From a virus, in the IMG/VR virus record IMGVR_UViG_3300045988_152944: a DNA stretch of 64,000 nt, one strand, 5' to 3'. Shown one piece after another: positions 63,932 to 64,000 of the stretch (positions are counted from its first letter, which is position 1; each line of letters begins with the position of its first letter). The notes beneath the pieces are model-generated. The model saw only the letters and a program-made list of their open reading frames with translations, was not told the DNA's origin and made no database searches. Both the position numbers and the translations under genes were made by a program.

Positions 63932-64000
63932 CTCTCGCGCACGCATGTATATATACTATATATAATACGCTCACTTTTTCAGCGCGTTTTTAGCGATCCA

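Noticed and set aside
63014-63993. Track ORFs 63014-63265 (-), 63565-63756 (+) and 63763-63993 (+).
   Set aside because: They have no RBS and their frames run through iterons, DnaA boxes and palindromes. I treat the region as non-coding.
1-64000. tRNA, rRNA or tmRNA genes in the non-coding gaps.
   Set aside because: No cloverleaf-compatible segment with a GTTCRANYC T-loop was spotted by eye. A tRNAscan-SE run would be needed for a definitive answer.

Overview
This 64 kb window looks like one contiguous piece of a large tailed dsDNA phage or prophage. The host appears to be low-GC Gram-positive. Evidence for that is near-universal AGGAGG-type RBSs 6-11 nt from starts, several exact TTGACA/TTGACT-17-TATAAT promoters, an LL-H-type holin and a YonO-type RNA polymerase. 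No tRNA, rRNA or CRISPR array was recognised.

Layout:
(1) nt 1-37947 is one long minus-strand arm. In transcription order it carries a guanylate-kinase-like gene, a YonO-like single-subunit RNAP split by a group I-like intron, a solo TnpB element and a metallophosphoesterase. These are followed by the large terminase, portal, scaffold and major capsid genes, connector/tail genes and a holin. Next come an IscB element with its omega-RNA spacer, a six-gene tail-fibre array that includes a BspA-like LRR protein, a RuvC-like resolvase and a tyrosine recombinase.
(2) nt 37950-38550 is a symmetric hub of four consensus promoters.
(3) nt 38550-59030 is a plus-strand arm of about 55 mostly small early genes. 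Recognisable ones are an orphan DNA methyltransferase, PcfJ-like and PcfM/DpnD-like proteins, an HNH-AP2 homing endonuclease and acidic proteins.
(4) nt 59300-62763 holds short minus-strand units, each with its own promoter and terminator, including SSB.
(5) nt 60850-61260 and 62764-63935 are ORF-free and dense in repeats. They contain a DnaA-box cluster, iterons, palindromes and alternating purine-pyrimidine tracts.

Most notable observations:
- A catalytic-site intron in the phage RNAP.
- Two different OMEGA nucleases (IscB and TnpB), both with intact catalytic motifs, in one virus.
- A TGTCA-N8-TGACA palindrome overlapping the -35 of at least six promoters.
- The convergent-promoter hub.
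- A candidate origin at the right end.

No tape measure protein, endolysin, DNA polymerase, helicase or primase was recognised in the window. All functional calls come from motifs read by eye. No database search was run.
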